Assembly (NCBI GenBank): GCA_964016885.1
Contig: OZ024760.1
Location: 20,522,001 to 20,586,000, forward strand
Reading direction: 5' to 3'
DNA length: 64,000 bases
From: Eledone cirrhosa
Taxonomy: Eukaryota
This document shows positions 52,530 to 63,664 of the stretch, piece after piece (the first letter of the stretch is position 1; each line of letters starts with the position of its first letter). The position numbers and the translations under genes are program-made. The notes beneath the pieces are model-generated. The model had not been told where the DNA came from, ran no database searches, and saw nothing but the letters and a program-made list of their open reading frames with translations.

Positions 52530-53857
52530 GTAAGTCAATCAATTTAGTTTTCGTCTGGTAATTGGTTTGTTTTACTACCATTCTTCCATGCTAGCTTGGG
52601 TTAGACGAGTTATCCTGCTCATACAGATTTAATTTTGCGTAGATTTTTACAGCTGGATGCCCTTCCTAACGCCAACCTTATTTACGGTGAGTACTGGGAG
52701 CTTTTTGTCCTGACACCTACACGACCACTTTACAGTGTGGAGTGGACCAATGATCGGACGGGTTGGTTAGCTAAACCTAGTCCCCTTTCTGGTGTTTTTG
52801 ATATTAGCGTGAATTAATGGCAAGGGAAACTTCTTTTGCGGGGTTTTAAAGGAATATTGGAATTCTCTAAGACTAACCATTTCATTACCATATTTCTAAT
52901 GAAATATACTGCCTGTGGTTCTCAAATAATTTTTTAATTTTAACTAAAGAATTTGTAGGAGTTTTAGATAAATATAAAAACTTAACCCTTGGTGAATTGC
53001 AACAATTTGGACAGGTTTAATAATACAACTAACTTTCCCATTATTAAGCTGGTGTTTGGAGCATAATTTAAACATCCTTAAAATTACGATGGAGTTGGTT
53101 TAGATATATTTTAAAACAGTCCTGTCATAGAAGTAGGGGCAGTTTTAGGGGATTTTTTTAATATGAAAGTGGTTACTGACATCTTTTGGGGGCTGCTTTC
53201 TTCACGAAAACAGGATTTTGACAAGGGCCAGGAACCCTGATTTATTCAATGTTCAGGCAATGATGGAATTTAGAATATTTGCTACATGAATGTTAATGAT
53301 TACAATTTCTTTGCTGAGCCTGACAAAAGTTTCCAGAGTTAGAAGGGATTTACAGTTTTTTTTCCCTCAGGATAAAATGTAAGTTGTGATTTATAGGATA
53401 AAATATAAAACATTTAGATAAAAAATAATTGTATATATGAACTTGGTTCTAAAATCTGTTATGTTATTTTATTAGAAACTTCCTTCACTTAGATTTCTGT
53501 GTTATAATGGAGTTAGTTTTTGTGAGATATATTTATTGAAAGAAGGGGGGCTACATCCAGTCTAGATGGGATTACATGTGTCCAAGGATTTCAAAAATAT
53601 GTAGAACTGATAGGGAGATCAGGGGAAGACAACCTAAATATTTCACCGATGGTTTTATTGACATTAAGCAACAGAATATGTGACTCCCTCTTAGAGGGAG
53701 CACCAGTCTATTGTCTGGTTGTTCCCTCCATGATACTGGGTGGGTTGGAGCAATGTGAAATAAAGTGATTTTCCTTAAGGACAACATGCTATCTGGTCTG
53801 GGAGTTAAAATTGTGTCTTTCTCTGATCTTGTTCCCAACACCTTTAACCCCTTATTG

Positions 53858-53926
53858 GACGGTGATGACACCAGTTATTAAATATGAGGTTTCTCTATGA
53901 AATATAATCCCTTGGCTGTCTGAGTC
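53858..53926 (+). ncRNA. SNORD53: box C/D snoRNA, SNORD53/snR64-like, copy 1
   Basis: gac stem, C box GTGATGA, guide TCCCTTGGCTGT then D box CTGA, gtc stem. Guide is complementary to conserved 28S ACAGCCAAGGGA; the D+5 rule points to the C equivalent to human Cm3848. Confidence 0.85.
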
Positions 53927-54045
53927 ACTCTGCATTTATGTAAATATCTGTTAAAATTGGGCTGTTTGTATCATTGGGAGTGGAGGGGGGGGTAATTTCA
54001 GGTGGGTTGTGGCTGCTTTATCTGGGAATTGTCATTCTCTGATTT

Positions 54046-54101
54046 GACAGTGATGACACCAATTATTAAATATGAGGTTTTTTTCTGAAATATAAACCCT
54101 T
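54046..54101 (+). pseudogene. 3'-truncated SNORD53-like copy
   Basis: C box and 5' half intact; guide and D box lost. Confidence 0.65.
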
Positions 54102-54567
54102 ATTTTGTTGCTATTTCAAATGAAATACACTTCTATCTCAAATTTCTGCAACTCCAGACATTATTATTTTGTGTGACTTGTCATGTGGCGGTATATGTTC
54201 TATATTTGTATAGAGGTGTAACTTCTATACAAATAGCACTGAGGCATTTAGTGGTGTATATAACCATACTTTATTTCTTAGGTACATAGCCAGTGTGTTT
54301 ATAGACCTGGAAGGTTTGTGTATATAACCATGCTATATTTCTAAGCTACACAGTCAGTTTCAATGAATTTTGAGGAATCTAATAATAGAGCTTAACTAAT
54401 TAATTAACATTATTTGATGGTTCAAGGGCGGTGGATTGGCAGTATCGGTAGAGTCGGACGCCATACTTTGCAGCAGAGTTACGGCCCTTTATAATTTGAG
54501 TTCAAATCCCGCTGAGGTTAACTTTGCCTTTCATCCGTATGGGGTCAATAATTTTAACCCCCTATTT

Positions 54568-54659
54568 GACAGTGATGACACCAGTTATTAAATATGAGGT
54601 TTCCCAATTATTAAATATGGGGTTTCTCTCTGAAATATAATCCCTTGGCTGTCTGAGTC
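54568..54659 (+). ncRNA. SNORD53: SNORD53-like snoRNA with 23-nt internal duplication
   Basis: C box, guide, D box and stem intact. Confidence 0.75.
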
Positions 54660-55100
54660 ACTTTAACTTTTTTTTTTTTTTTTGTTATTTCATGTTTGGA
54701 ACATTATTTGACAAAAGGTTCTAATCTAGGTTTTTAATGTAAATATATGGTAAAATGGGGCAATTTCAGCTGGGTCGGTGTTTAGAGGGATAAAACAACA
54801 TTTGAAGTGTTCTAAATTGTGAGTTATATTCAAAATTCTTGATTGTTTCCTAAATTATGTTGAAATATTAACCAGTAAAATTATAATGGAAGGGATAAAT
54901 TCCAAATTGGAGTTTTTATTGAAGTAGGTGGAAGGGCTATACGCTGTATGAGTTTTTTTAACTATATAATTAAGAGGATCAGGAGAAGACAGCACATATA
55001 TTACAGACTCCCAAGCTAATATGATAATGAAGGGTTAAAATAATGTTTTTATTAGCATTAGATGACTTGCCTTATATTTCAGGTGGGTTGTGGCTGCTTT

Positions 55101-55157
55101 GACAGTGATGACACCAATTATTAAATATAAGGTTTCTTTCTGAAATATAAACCCTTA
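55101..55157 (+). pseudogene. 3'-truncated SNORD53-like copy
   Basis: same truncation as the 54046 copy. Confidence 0.65.
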
Positions 55158-55490
55158 TTTTGTTGCTATTTCAAATGAAATACACTTCTATCTCAAATTT
55201 CTGCAACTCCAGACATTATTTTGTGTGACTTGTCATGTGGCGGTATATGTTCTATATTTGTATAGAGGTGTAACTTCTATACAAATAGCACTGAGGCATT
55301 TAGTGGTGTATATAACCATACTATATTTCTTAGGTACATAGCCAGTGTGTTTATAGACCTGGAAGGTTTGTGTGTATAACCATGCTATATTTCTAAGCTA
55401 CACAGTCAGTTTCAATGAATTTTGGGAATTTTGAGGAATCTAATAATAGAGCTTAACTAATTAATTAACATTATTTGATGGTTCAAATTA

Positions 55491-55684
55491 GGGCGGTGGA
55501 TTGGCAGTATCGGTAGAGGGTCGGACGCCATGCTTTGACGCATAGAGTTACGGTCCTTGCCATTCTGAGTTCAAATCCCGCCGAGGTTAACTTTGCCTTT
55601 CATCCTTTCGGGGTCGATAAAATAAAGTACCAGTAATGCACTGGGTAATTGCTGGCCTTGTGCCAAATGTAGAAACAATTATTT
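55491..55684 (+). mobile_element. tRNA-derived Meta/MESC-type SINE
   Basis: A box tggcagtatcgg, B box gagttcaaatcc, core gcctttcatcctttcggggtcgataaa, flanking direct repeat attatttgatggttcaa; more than 10 further copies (e.g. 1603, 3830, 6068, 35697, 39560, 41530, 54425, 55695). Confidence 0.8.
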
Positions 55685-55836
55685 GATGGTTCAAGGGCGG
55701 TGGATTGGCAGTATCGGTAGAGTCGGACGCCATGCTTTGCAGCAGAGTTACGACCCTTTATAATCTGAGTTCAAATCCCGCTGAGGTTAACTTTGCCTTT
55801 CATCCGTATGGGGTCAATAGTTTTAACCCCCTATTT

Positions 55837-55903
55837 GACAGTGATGACACCAGTTATTAAGTATGAGGTTTCTCTGAAATATAATCCCTTGGCTGTCTGA
55901 GTT
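55837..55903 (+). ncRNA. SNORD53: SNORD53-like snoRNA
   Basis: GTGATGA...TCCCTTGGCTGT-CTGA. Confidence 0.8.
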
Positions 55904-55928
55904 ACTTTAACTGCTTATATTATGTAAA

Positions 55929-56464
55929 CTAGCAGAAAAACCACCCTGGGGTGGTTTCCTACTAGCATGTGTAGTGTGTATATTGATCAAATAAAATCGT
56001 AATTGACAATATACACAGAAATTGAGCGAAGTCTATGTTACAGTCTTCTGTAATCAGTAATGTAATCCACGATACATTTAAAAAAAGATATGGATAAACT
56101 GCACTAGGAGAAAATTAGCGACGGAAATATATATGCAATATTTTTATAAGTGTTATATAACTTTCTACTTTTGGCACAAGACCAGCAATTATCACAGTAC
56201 ATTACTGGTACTTTATTTTATCGACCCCGTAAGGATGAAACGCAAAGTTAACCTCGACGGGATTTGAACTCTGACCTTGAAACTTTTAAAGAAGTGAATC
56301 TTTAAATAAGCTATAAAATATATTTAATCAACAGCCACAAAATTTAGCAGATAAATTATGTAATATTCATTAATTATTTATTCAAAGTAATCCAACTTAT
56401 TTTACAAACGGGGTAAAAAAATATATTCTGGACGCAGTCCCGCACTCCTTTATTATGGTTAAGA
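55929..56464 (-). mobile_element. non-autonomous Helitron, same family
   Basis: reverse-complement homolog of 1488-2116; empty paralogous site ttatgtaaa|tatctgttaaaattggg at ~53940. Confidence 0.78.
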
Positions 56465-56575
56465 TATCCGTTAAAATTGGGCTGTTTGTATCATTGGGTG
56501 GATTTCAGGTGGATTGTGGCTTCTTTATCTGGGAATTGTCATTCTCTGATCCTGTCTCCTTTTAACTCCCTATTT

Positions 56576-56667
56576 GACAGTGATGACACCAATTATTAAA
56601 TATGAGGTTTCCCAATTATTAAATATGGGGTTTCTCTCTGAAATATAATCCCTTGGCTGTCTGAGTC
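56576..56667 (+). ncRNA. SNORD53: SNORD53-like snoRNA with internal duplication
   Basis: paralog of the 54568 copy. Confidence 0.75.
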
Positions 56668-57125
56668 ACTTTAACTTTTTTTTTTTTTTTTTATTTCATG
56701 TTTGGAACATTATTTGACAAAAGGTTCTAATCTAGGTTTTTAATGTAAATATATGGTAAAATGGGGCAATTTCAGCTGGGTCGGTGTTTAGAGGGTTAAA
56801 ACATTTGAAGTGTTCTAAATTGTGAGTTATATTCAAAATTCTTGATTGTTTCCTAAATTATGTTGAAATATTAACCAGTAAAATTATAATGGAAGGGATA
56901 AATTCCAAATTGGAGTTTTTATTGAAGTAGGTGGAAATACGCTGTATGAGTTTTTTTAACTATATAATTAAGAGGATCAGGAGAAGACAGCACATATATT
57001 ACTGACTGTCCCAAGCTAATATGATAATGAAGGGTTAAAATAATGTTTTTATTAGCATTAGATGACTTGCCTTTTTGTTTTTGGAAATAGTTAAGAATGC
57101 AGATGTAACTTTGCTGGAAATCTGA

Positions 57126-57275
<150 letters not shown>

Positions 57276-57449
57276 TATAGATGTGACGAGGTCATGGAGA
57301 GTAGGATTTGACGAGGTCATTGGAGATATGATTTCTTAAATGAAACAGTTTTACAGATAATATAATATATATAAACAAGAAAAATAGGGTTTTTTTTTTG
57401 TGGACTTCACTTTTGGAAACACTGGTAATTAAAAAGCATATGATTTCTT

Positions 57450-57517
57450 AGCAATGAGGATGACCTTGCCCTCTCTGATAATGATGAGACATTTTTCATA
57501 CGCATTCTTTCTGAGCT
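57450..57517 (+). ncRNA. box C/D snoRNA, SNORD103/SNORD85-like
   Basis: agc/gct stem, C box ATGAGGA, guide CTTGCCCTCT then D' CTGA, C' ATGATGA, D CTGA. Guide pairs with conserved 18S GGAGGGCAAG (human Gm601 site). Confidence 0.75.
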
Positions 57518-58217
57518 TTGGGAATAAATATGCTTTTGTATTTTGTGTTTGTAGAGTGTATTTATCGTAGTTTCTAGTGTCTGATGATGTTTTGGAAGTT
57601 GGATACAGAAAAAATTGTTTTTTGTAGACTTGGTTGGTAGTTTTAAAGACTGAAATTCTAAGTAGTGTCTTGAGTTAATTACACGTGGTATTGGTCACTT
57701 ATGTGCTATACTATCCCGGTTTTTAGAAAGGATCTACTGTCTTTGCAGTAATTTGAGTTAAATAGTTGAAACTGCAGGTGGTCTGAAATCTGATGTGTGT
57801 ATTTTAATGTTTGTGATCTCTTCTCATCCATTCTATTTCTTTCTTATCACTTCTTCGAGGTAATGTTTTACCCAATGCTGTTTTTACAGCATTTTGCTGT
57901 TTTAACAGCTTCCTATGAATATATATATATGGCAAGAAGTGTCCAGTAAAGTGGTCGTGAAGGTATCACAACAAATCACCCAGTACACACTGTTAATTCG
58001 GTTGGTGTTGGGAAAGGCATCCGGCTGTAGAAACAGCCAAAATCAGTTCTGTATGGGCAAGAGCTGGTTATGTGAGCTGGCTTGTCTCACAATAGGACAA
58101 CTCTTCTAACCCATGCTAGCATGAAGAAATGAATATTAAATGGTGATGTGTGCGTATATATATATATATATATATATTTCACAGGTGTCCCCTGGTTTAA
58201 TATAACCCCCTTTAAAT

Positions 58218-58285
58218 TGACTGTGATGACATGTTAAATATATGAGATTTCTCTCTGAAGTATAATCCCTTGGCTGTCTGAGTCA
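58218..58285 (+). ncRNA. SNORD53: SNORD53-like snoRNA, divergent subtype
   Basis: tgac/gtca stem; boxes and guide conserved while the spacer diverges. Confidence 0.82.
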
Positions 58286-58998
58286 CTTTTGTTATATGAA
58301 AGAACCTACTTGTAATTTGAAATGGTAGTACATTGTTTCCTTGCTTGCCGTAAAAAAACAACTAAAAATAACTAGCTGTAAAACATTTAATCCAACCCAT
58401 GCCAGCCTGGAAAGGGATGACAGTTAAGTCTGGCATGTATTAGTGTTTGTCTTTGCTTTGAATTTGGTATTGCTAGTATGGTGGGACTTAGGTCCCCCAA
58501 CATAGTGGTTTGATTGGCAAACCCCTCTACTTTTGTTTTAAAAGATAACCCTGTTCGAGTGTTGCCATCATGAAAGACATTCAGCTGTAGTATATTTCCT
58601 GGAAAAGTCTACAAGGTGTCCCAGCATGTCCTTGGCCTCTAGGCTGGAACATGTACTAGAGTTACAGTAGGTTTATAACTACAACTAGTGGTTGATAAAA
58701 CAATGACCAGCAGTTCAAATCTCACTGGTATGCCCTGGTTTAATATACACTCTAACCCATTAGCATTTAAACCGGCCATATCTGGCAAGAATTTTCTAAC
58801 CTTTCTGTTCAAACCGGTCGTAACTGGCTGCTCATACTGATGCAAACTTATTTTTCTCAAAATAAATATCAAAATCTCGTAGATTCGAAATTGTCAAATA
58901 AAGCCTTTTCTGTAAAAATATAATAGTAAATGTTAAAGAATTAAACTGATAACATTATCTTTTGTCTTTTGTCCCCTGGTTTAATATAACCCCATTTA

Positions 58999-59075
58999 AA
59001 TTGACTGTGATGACATCACGTTAATGATATGAGATTTCTCTCTGAAGTATACTCCCTTGGCTGTCTGAGTCAGTT
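58999..59075 (+). ncRNA. SNORD53: SNORD53-like snoRNA, divergent subtype
   Basis: aattgac/gtcagtt stem; boxes and guide conserved. Confidence 0.82.
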
Positions 59076-59407
59076 TTGTTATATTTAGAATGAAAGAAGC
59101 CAGCCTATAATTTGAAATGAGCAGGTTTGGTGTAAATATAAAATGTGCAGAAGACTTGCATTCTACTGGTGGTAAATTGAAGTTTCAACTGGTTTCTATG
59201 TTATTGGAAGTGTGCTTGGCTAAGTCACTCTATTAAAATATGAGGTTTGATTCTTTGTAGTAACTGCTGGCAGCTCCCTTTTCCATTTATAAGGGTCAGT
59301 GCCTTATTTAGATGGAACCCATAGCATTTAATACCACTGTCTGGTGTTCTTTGGGAAATTGAGGAATTCGGTGTAAGTTCTACTGAACTATGTGTTTCTA
59401 TGTTGAT

Positions 59408-59536
59408 GGAGGAGTGCTGCACACTTGTACACTCTGGTACATTTGTACGTAAAACTCTTCCTATATTAAACTATGGCAGTTGTAGGACACTGGTCATTTC
59501 TATATGTAACTGGTGATTTAGATATCTGTCACATTC
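59408..59536 (+). ncRNA. H/ACA snoRNA candidate, family A, copy 1
   Basis: hairpin ggaggagt..actcttcc, H box ATATTA, hairpin ggcag..ctgtc, ACA plus 3 nt; 129 nt. Confidence 0.65.
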
Positions 59537-59589
59537 TCTTGGAGAAATGTTCTTGTTTCTTTTAACCATTTCATTGTTCTGGGGTTGAA

Positions 59590-60295
59590 CCAGCTGTGTA
59601 TTGGAGTCCAGGTCAACTTTACCATTCATTCTTCTAGGGTTGGTAAACATAGAATATAGTGCAAGCTGTCTATTGGGTCCAGGTCAACTTTACCATTCAT
59701 TCTTCTAGGGTTGGTAAACATAGAATATAGTGCAAGCTGTCTATTGGGTCCAGGTCAACTTTACCATTCATTCTTCTAGGGTTGGTAAACATAGAATATA
59801 GTGCAAGCTGTCTATTGGGTCCAGGTCAACTTTACCATTCATTCTTCTAGGGTTGGTAAACATAGAATATAGTGCAAGCTGTCTATTGGGTCCAGGTCAA
59901 CTTTACCATTCATTCTTCTAGGGTTGGTAAACATAGAATATAGTGCAAGCTGTCTATTGGGTCCAGGTTAACTTTACCATTCATTCTTCTAGGGTTGGTA
60001 AACATAGAATATAGTGCAAGCTGTCTATTGGGTCTAGGTTAACTTTACCATTCATTCTTCTAGGGTTGGTAAACATAGAATATAGTGCAAGCTGTCTATT
60101 GGGTCCAGGTTAACTTTACCATTCATTCTTCTAGGGTTGGTAAACATAGAATATAGTGCAAGCTGTCTATTGGGTCTAGGTTAACTTTACCATTCATTCT
60201 TCTAGGGTTGGTAAAAAATATAGTACCTGCTGTGTATTGGGGTTCAGGTCAACTTTACTATTCATTCTTCTGTGGTTGGTAAAATAAAGTACCAG
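59590..60295. repeat. 71-bp minisatellite (~10 copies) derived from the Meta-SINE core
   Basis: period 71 (59607 to 59678); unit ggtcaactttaccattcattcttctagggttggtaaa resembles the SINE core. Confidence 0.88.
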
Positions 60296-60504
60296 GTGTG
60301 TACTTAACTATCATCATCATAGTTTAATGTCTATCTTCCATGGGTTAGACGGGATTGATCTACCTGAGGCAAGTTTGGTTGGGTGACCCGTGTCTTGCTC
60401 GTATAGAACTATCTGGCAGGTTTTCTATGGCTGGATGCCCTTCCTAACATCAACCACATTTACAGTGTGGACTGGGTTCTTCTCATTAATTAACAATTTT
60501 GAGA

Positions 60505-60662
60505 GAATGATTTATCACTGATATCAATGCATTATGATTTCTCTTCTGTATGTATATCTTTGTGAGTAATTAAGCAACTTTTCACAGGGTGATATTCCAC
60601 AGATTTCAGTGATATGACTTCTCTCCTGTATGTATACGTTTGTGGTTAGTTAAGGCACTACC
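60505..60662 (-). pseudogene. degenerate C2H2 zinc-finger fragment
   Basis: [18 protein letters not shown] followed by stop and frameshift. Confidence 0.65.
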
Positions 60663-61007
60663 AGTTTAACTGAATTTCATCCCACACCCCACCTCCAAAT
60701 TGCTGGGGTTATTTTATCTAAAACTTGGTGAAACTGTGCAGTGATTGCTATCAACATCATCGTCTATCTTCCTCGCTAGCATGGGTTAGATGGGTTTGTT
60801 CCATTTGAGGCAAGTTTGGTCAGGTGACTGTCTTGCTCGTTATAGGACTGTTTCTGGCTGGTCATAGATACCAATCCCCATGTCTTATAATACCACATTA
60901 CATGAAACTTTGTCTTACAGATACTATATATATAAGCAAAAAATATTTTTTTTTTTTTTTTTTTTTTTTTGTGGACCCCACTGGTAATTGAAAGCATATG
61001 ATTTCTT

Positions 61008-61075
61008 AGCAATGAGGATGACCTTGCCCTCTCTGATAATGATGAGACATTTTTTATACGCATTCTTTCTGAGCT
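61008..61075 (+). ncRNA. SNORD103-like snoRNA, copy 2
   Basis: near-identical to the 57450 copy; a degenerate third copy lies at ~62600-62668. Confidence 0.75.
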
Positions 61076-61758
61076 TTGAAATAAATAAATATGCTTTTGT
61101 AGAGTATATTCTTCATAGTTGATCCTTTCATTATTCCATTTACAAAAACTCTCCACTGTTCGAGATTTGCTCAAAGTTGTTCAATTCAGTCATTTCCCTA
61201 ATTTAGACGGAACTTATAGCATTCAATACCACTGTCTGGTGTTCTTTAAATTTGGAAACAGGCTTCAGTGTAAAGTCTGTGCTGTTTCTAGGTTATTGAA
61301 AGAATGTCTTGTTAATGTGGTTTCTGTGAAACATTGCAGTATTAGAATAAAAATTTCAACTTGTAAATCTACAAGATGGGTGTATTTTGACTGGTTCTTG
61401 TATATTATATAGGAAGACGTTAACTTTTGTTACCATATTTCTGGCAGAGAGAGAGAGAGAGATGAGATTTGATTTGATTCCTTGTAGTGATTAATGGCAA
61501 CAATTTTTCCTAAGTTTGAAAGTTTGAGTTTTGCATGTGTTTGGTTCCTTGTAGTGACAGCTGGCAACTCCCTTTTCCATTTATAAGGGCCAGTGTTTCG
61601 TTTCGTAAGTTTGATGCTTGTTTACTTGTTCAATTCAGTCAGTTCCCTAATTTAGATGGAACTCATAGCGTGCAATATCACTGTCTGGTGTTCTTTAGAC
61701 TTTGTGAAATTGAGGAATTCGGTGTAAGTTCTACTGAACTGTGTGTTTCTATGTTGAT

Positions 61759-61887
61759 GGAGGAGTGCTGCACACTTGTACACTCTGGTACATTTGTACG
61801 TAAAACTCTTCCTATATTAAACTATGACAGTTGTAGGACACTGGTCATTTCTATATGTAACTGGTGATTTAAATATCTGTCACATTC
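61759..61887 (+). ncRNA. H/ACA snoRNA candidate, family A, copy 2
   Basis: as copy 1; gacag/ctgtc substitution keeps pairing. Confidence 0.65.
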
Positions 61888-62263
61888 TTTTTTATAAGAA
61901 ACCTACTTAGAAGGTGAAGATTGGTGTGTAATTTTACACTAGAGTGTGTTACACAGTAAAACTATTTGTAGTTTCAAATATCTAAACAGGTTTGTGGAAT
62001 ATTACAGTATTAGAGTAAAAACTTCATGTTGAACCCTTTTGTTATGATGAAAGACCCTGCCTATTGTTTTCAAATGATTTTGAAAATAATCAAGAATTCA
62101 GATGGATTAAGTAATTACAGACTTTCTCATTAATTTGGTTTTTGAAACGACTTAAAAAAAGGTTCTTTTATAAAATTGTGCTGAAAGGTTTATAGCTGAA
62201 CATTATAAATACTTAGCTATAAATGTATAGGTTTACTTTGTTTTAAAACCCATTTGTTTCCAT

Positions 62264-62344
62264 ATAAATTGACTGTGATGCAATACTTTAGGATTAGGTA
62301 ATATGAACATTGATGATTTATAACTTTTGACTGAGTCAATTTAT
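62264..62344 (+). ncRNA. orphan box C/D snoRNA candidate, copy 1
   Basis: 10-bp terminal stem ataaattgac/gtcaatttat, variant C box GTGATGC, D' ATGA, C' TTGATGA, D CTGA. Confidence 0.6.
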
Positions 62345-62367
62345 TAAAACATAATAGGTTTTATTTC

Positions 62368-62496
62368 ATATCTATGAGATGGATGTATTTTGACGGGTTC
62401 TTGTATATTATTATAAGATATTAACTCCTTTGTTACCATATTTCTGGCTGAGAGGATGTGAGATTTGATTCCTTATAGTGACTAATGGTAACAACT
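62368..62496 (+). ncRNA. possible H/ACA-like RNA, family B
   Basis: 3' hairpin taccat..atggta then ACA, ANANNA upstream; relatives at ~61367-61505 and ~63688-63815; 5' hairpin is weak. Confidence 0.35.
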
Positions 62497-63276
62497 ATTC
62501 TTATCTAAGTTTGAACTTTGCATGTGATGTTTACATTTTCAAATCTGTTTGATACAGTCAGCTCCCTAATTTAGATGGTAAAATGTTGTCAGATCCCTTA
62601 ACTGAAGGAGGTTAACTTTGCTTTCTCTGACTGATGAAATTTGTTTATATATACATTCTTTCTGAGCTTTGAAATAGATATCCTTTTGTTTGTAGACTAT
62701 ATTCTTTATAGTTGATCCTTTTGTTTGTAGACTATATTCTCCATGGTTGATCCTTTTCAATTAAGGTTTTAAATTAGGGAATTTGGGCTGGGCCTTTCTA
62801 ATTACCCAAGAAATCTCTTGAGATATGCAAGGGCAGCTAAATCTGCTTATGTGTAAGCTGTACATTTCATTTCAAGAAAGATAGGAAATTATTGCATTCA
62901 ATACCACTCTCTGGGAGTCACACTCTTTGAAATTGAAGAAGTCAGTGTTAAGTGTAAGATCTGTTACCATAGAAACTGACTGATGGCAATATTTTAGGGT
63001 TATTTGAGAATTTTTAAAATGTAATGCTTGACTGAGTCACTAGTAAAATACGATGTTTGGTTCCTTGTAGTGACAGCTGGCAGCTCCCTTTTCCATTTAT
63101 AAGGGCCAGTGTTTCGTTTCGTAAGTTTGATGCTTGTTTACTTGTTCAATTCAGTCAGTTCCCTAATTTAGATGGGACTCATAGCGTGCAATATCACTGT
63201 CTGGTGTTCTTTAGACTTTGGGAAATTGAGGAATTCGGTGTAAGTTCTACTGAACTGTGTGTGTTTCTATGTTGAT

Positions 63277-63405
63277 GGAGGAGTGCTGCACACTTGTACA
63301 CTCTGGTACATTTGTACGTAAAACTCTTCCTATATTAAACTATGGCAGTTGTAGGACACTGGTCATTTCTATATGTAACTGGTGATTTAAATATCTGTCA
63401 CATTC
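63277..63405 (+). ncRNA. H/ACA snoRNA candidate, family A, copy 3
   Basis: as copy 1. Confidence 0.65.
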
Positions 63406-63584
63406 TTTTTTATAAGAAACCTACTTAGACGGTGAAGATTGGTGTGTAATTTTACACACGATTAAATATAACAATTTTCTCACTAATTTGGTTTTGGGGA
63501 CATAACTTAAAACAGGTTCTTTGATAAAATTGTTCTAAACGATTTACTTTGTTTTAGGGAGAAATAAAACCCATCTGTTTCCAT

Positions 63585-63664
63585 ATAAATTGACTGTGAT
63601 GCAATACTTTAGGATTAGGTAATATGAACATTGATGATTTTACTTTTTGACTGAGTCAATTTAT
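63585..63664 (+). ncRNA. orphan box C/D snoRNA candidate, copy 2
   Basis: paralog of 62264; degenerate relative at ~62975-63040. Confidence 0.6.

Noticed and set aside
57581-57660. Additional C/D snoRNA (CTGATGA...CTGA)
   Set aside because: No terminal stem, no recognisable guide and single copy.
59590-60295. CRISPR-like periodic array
   Set aside because: Units are identical head-to-tail with no unique spacers, the context is eukaryotic and there are no cas genes.
61535-61867. 110-aa ORF repeated at 63057
   Set aside because: Frame not preserved across the three copies; it overlaps the H/ACA candidate and has no recognisable domain.
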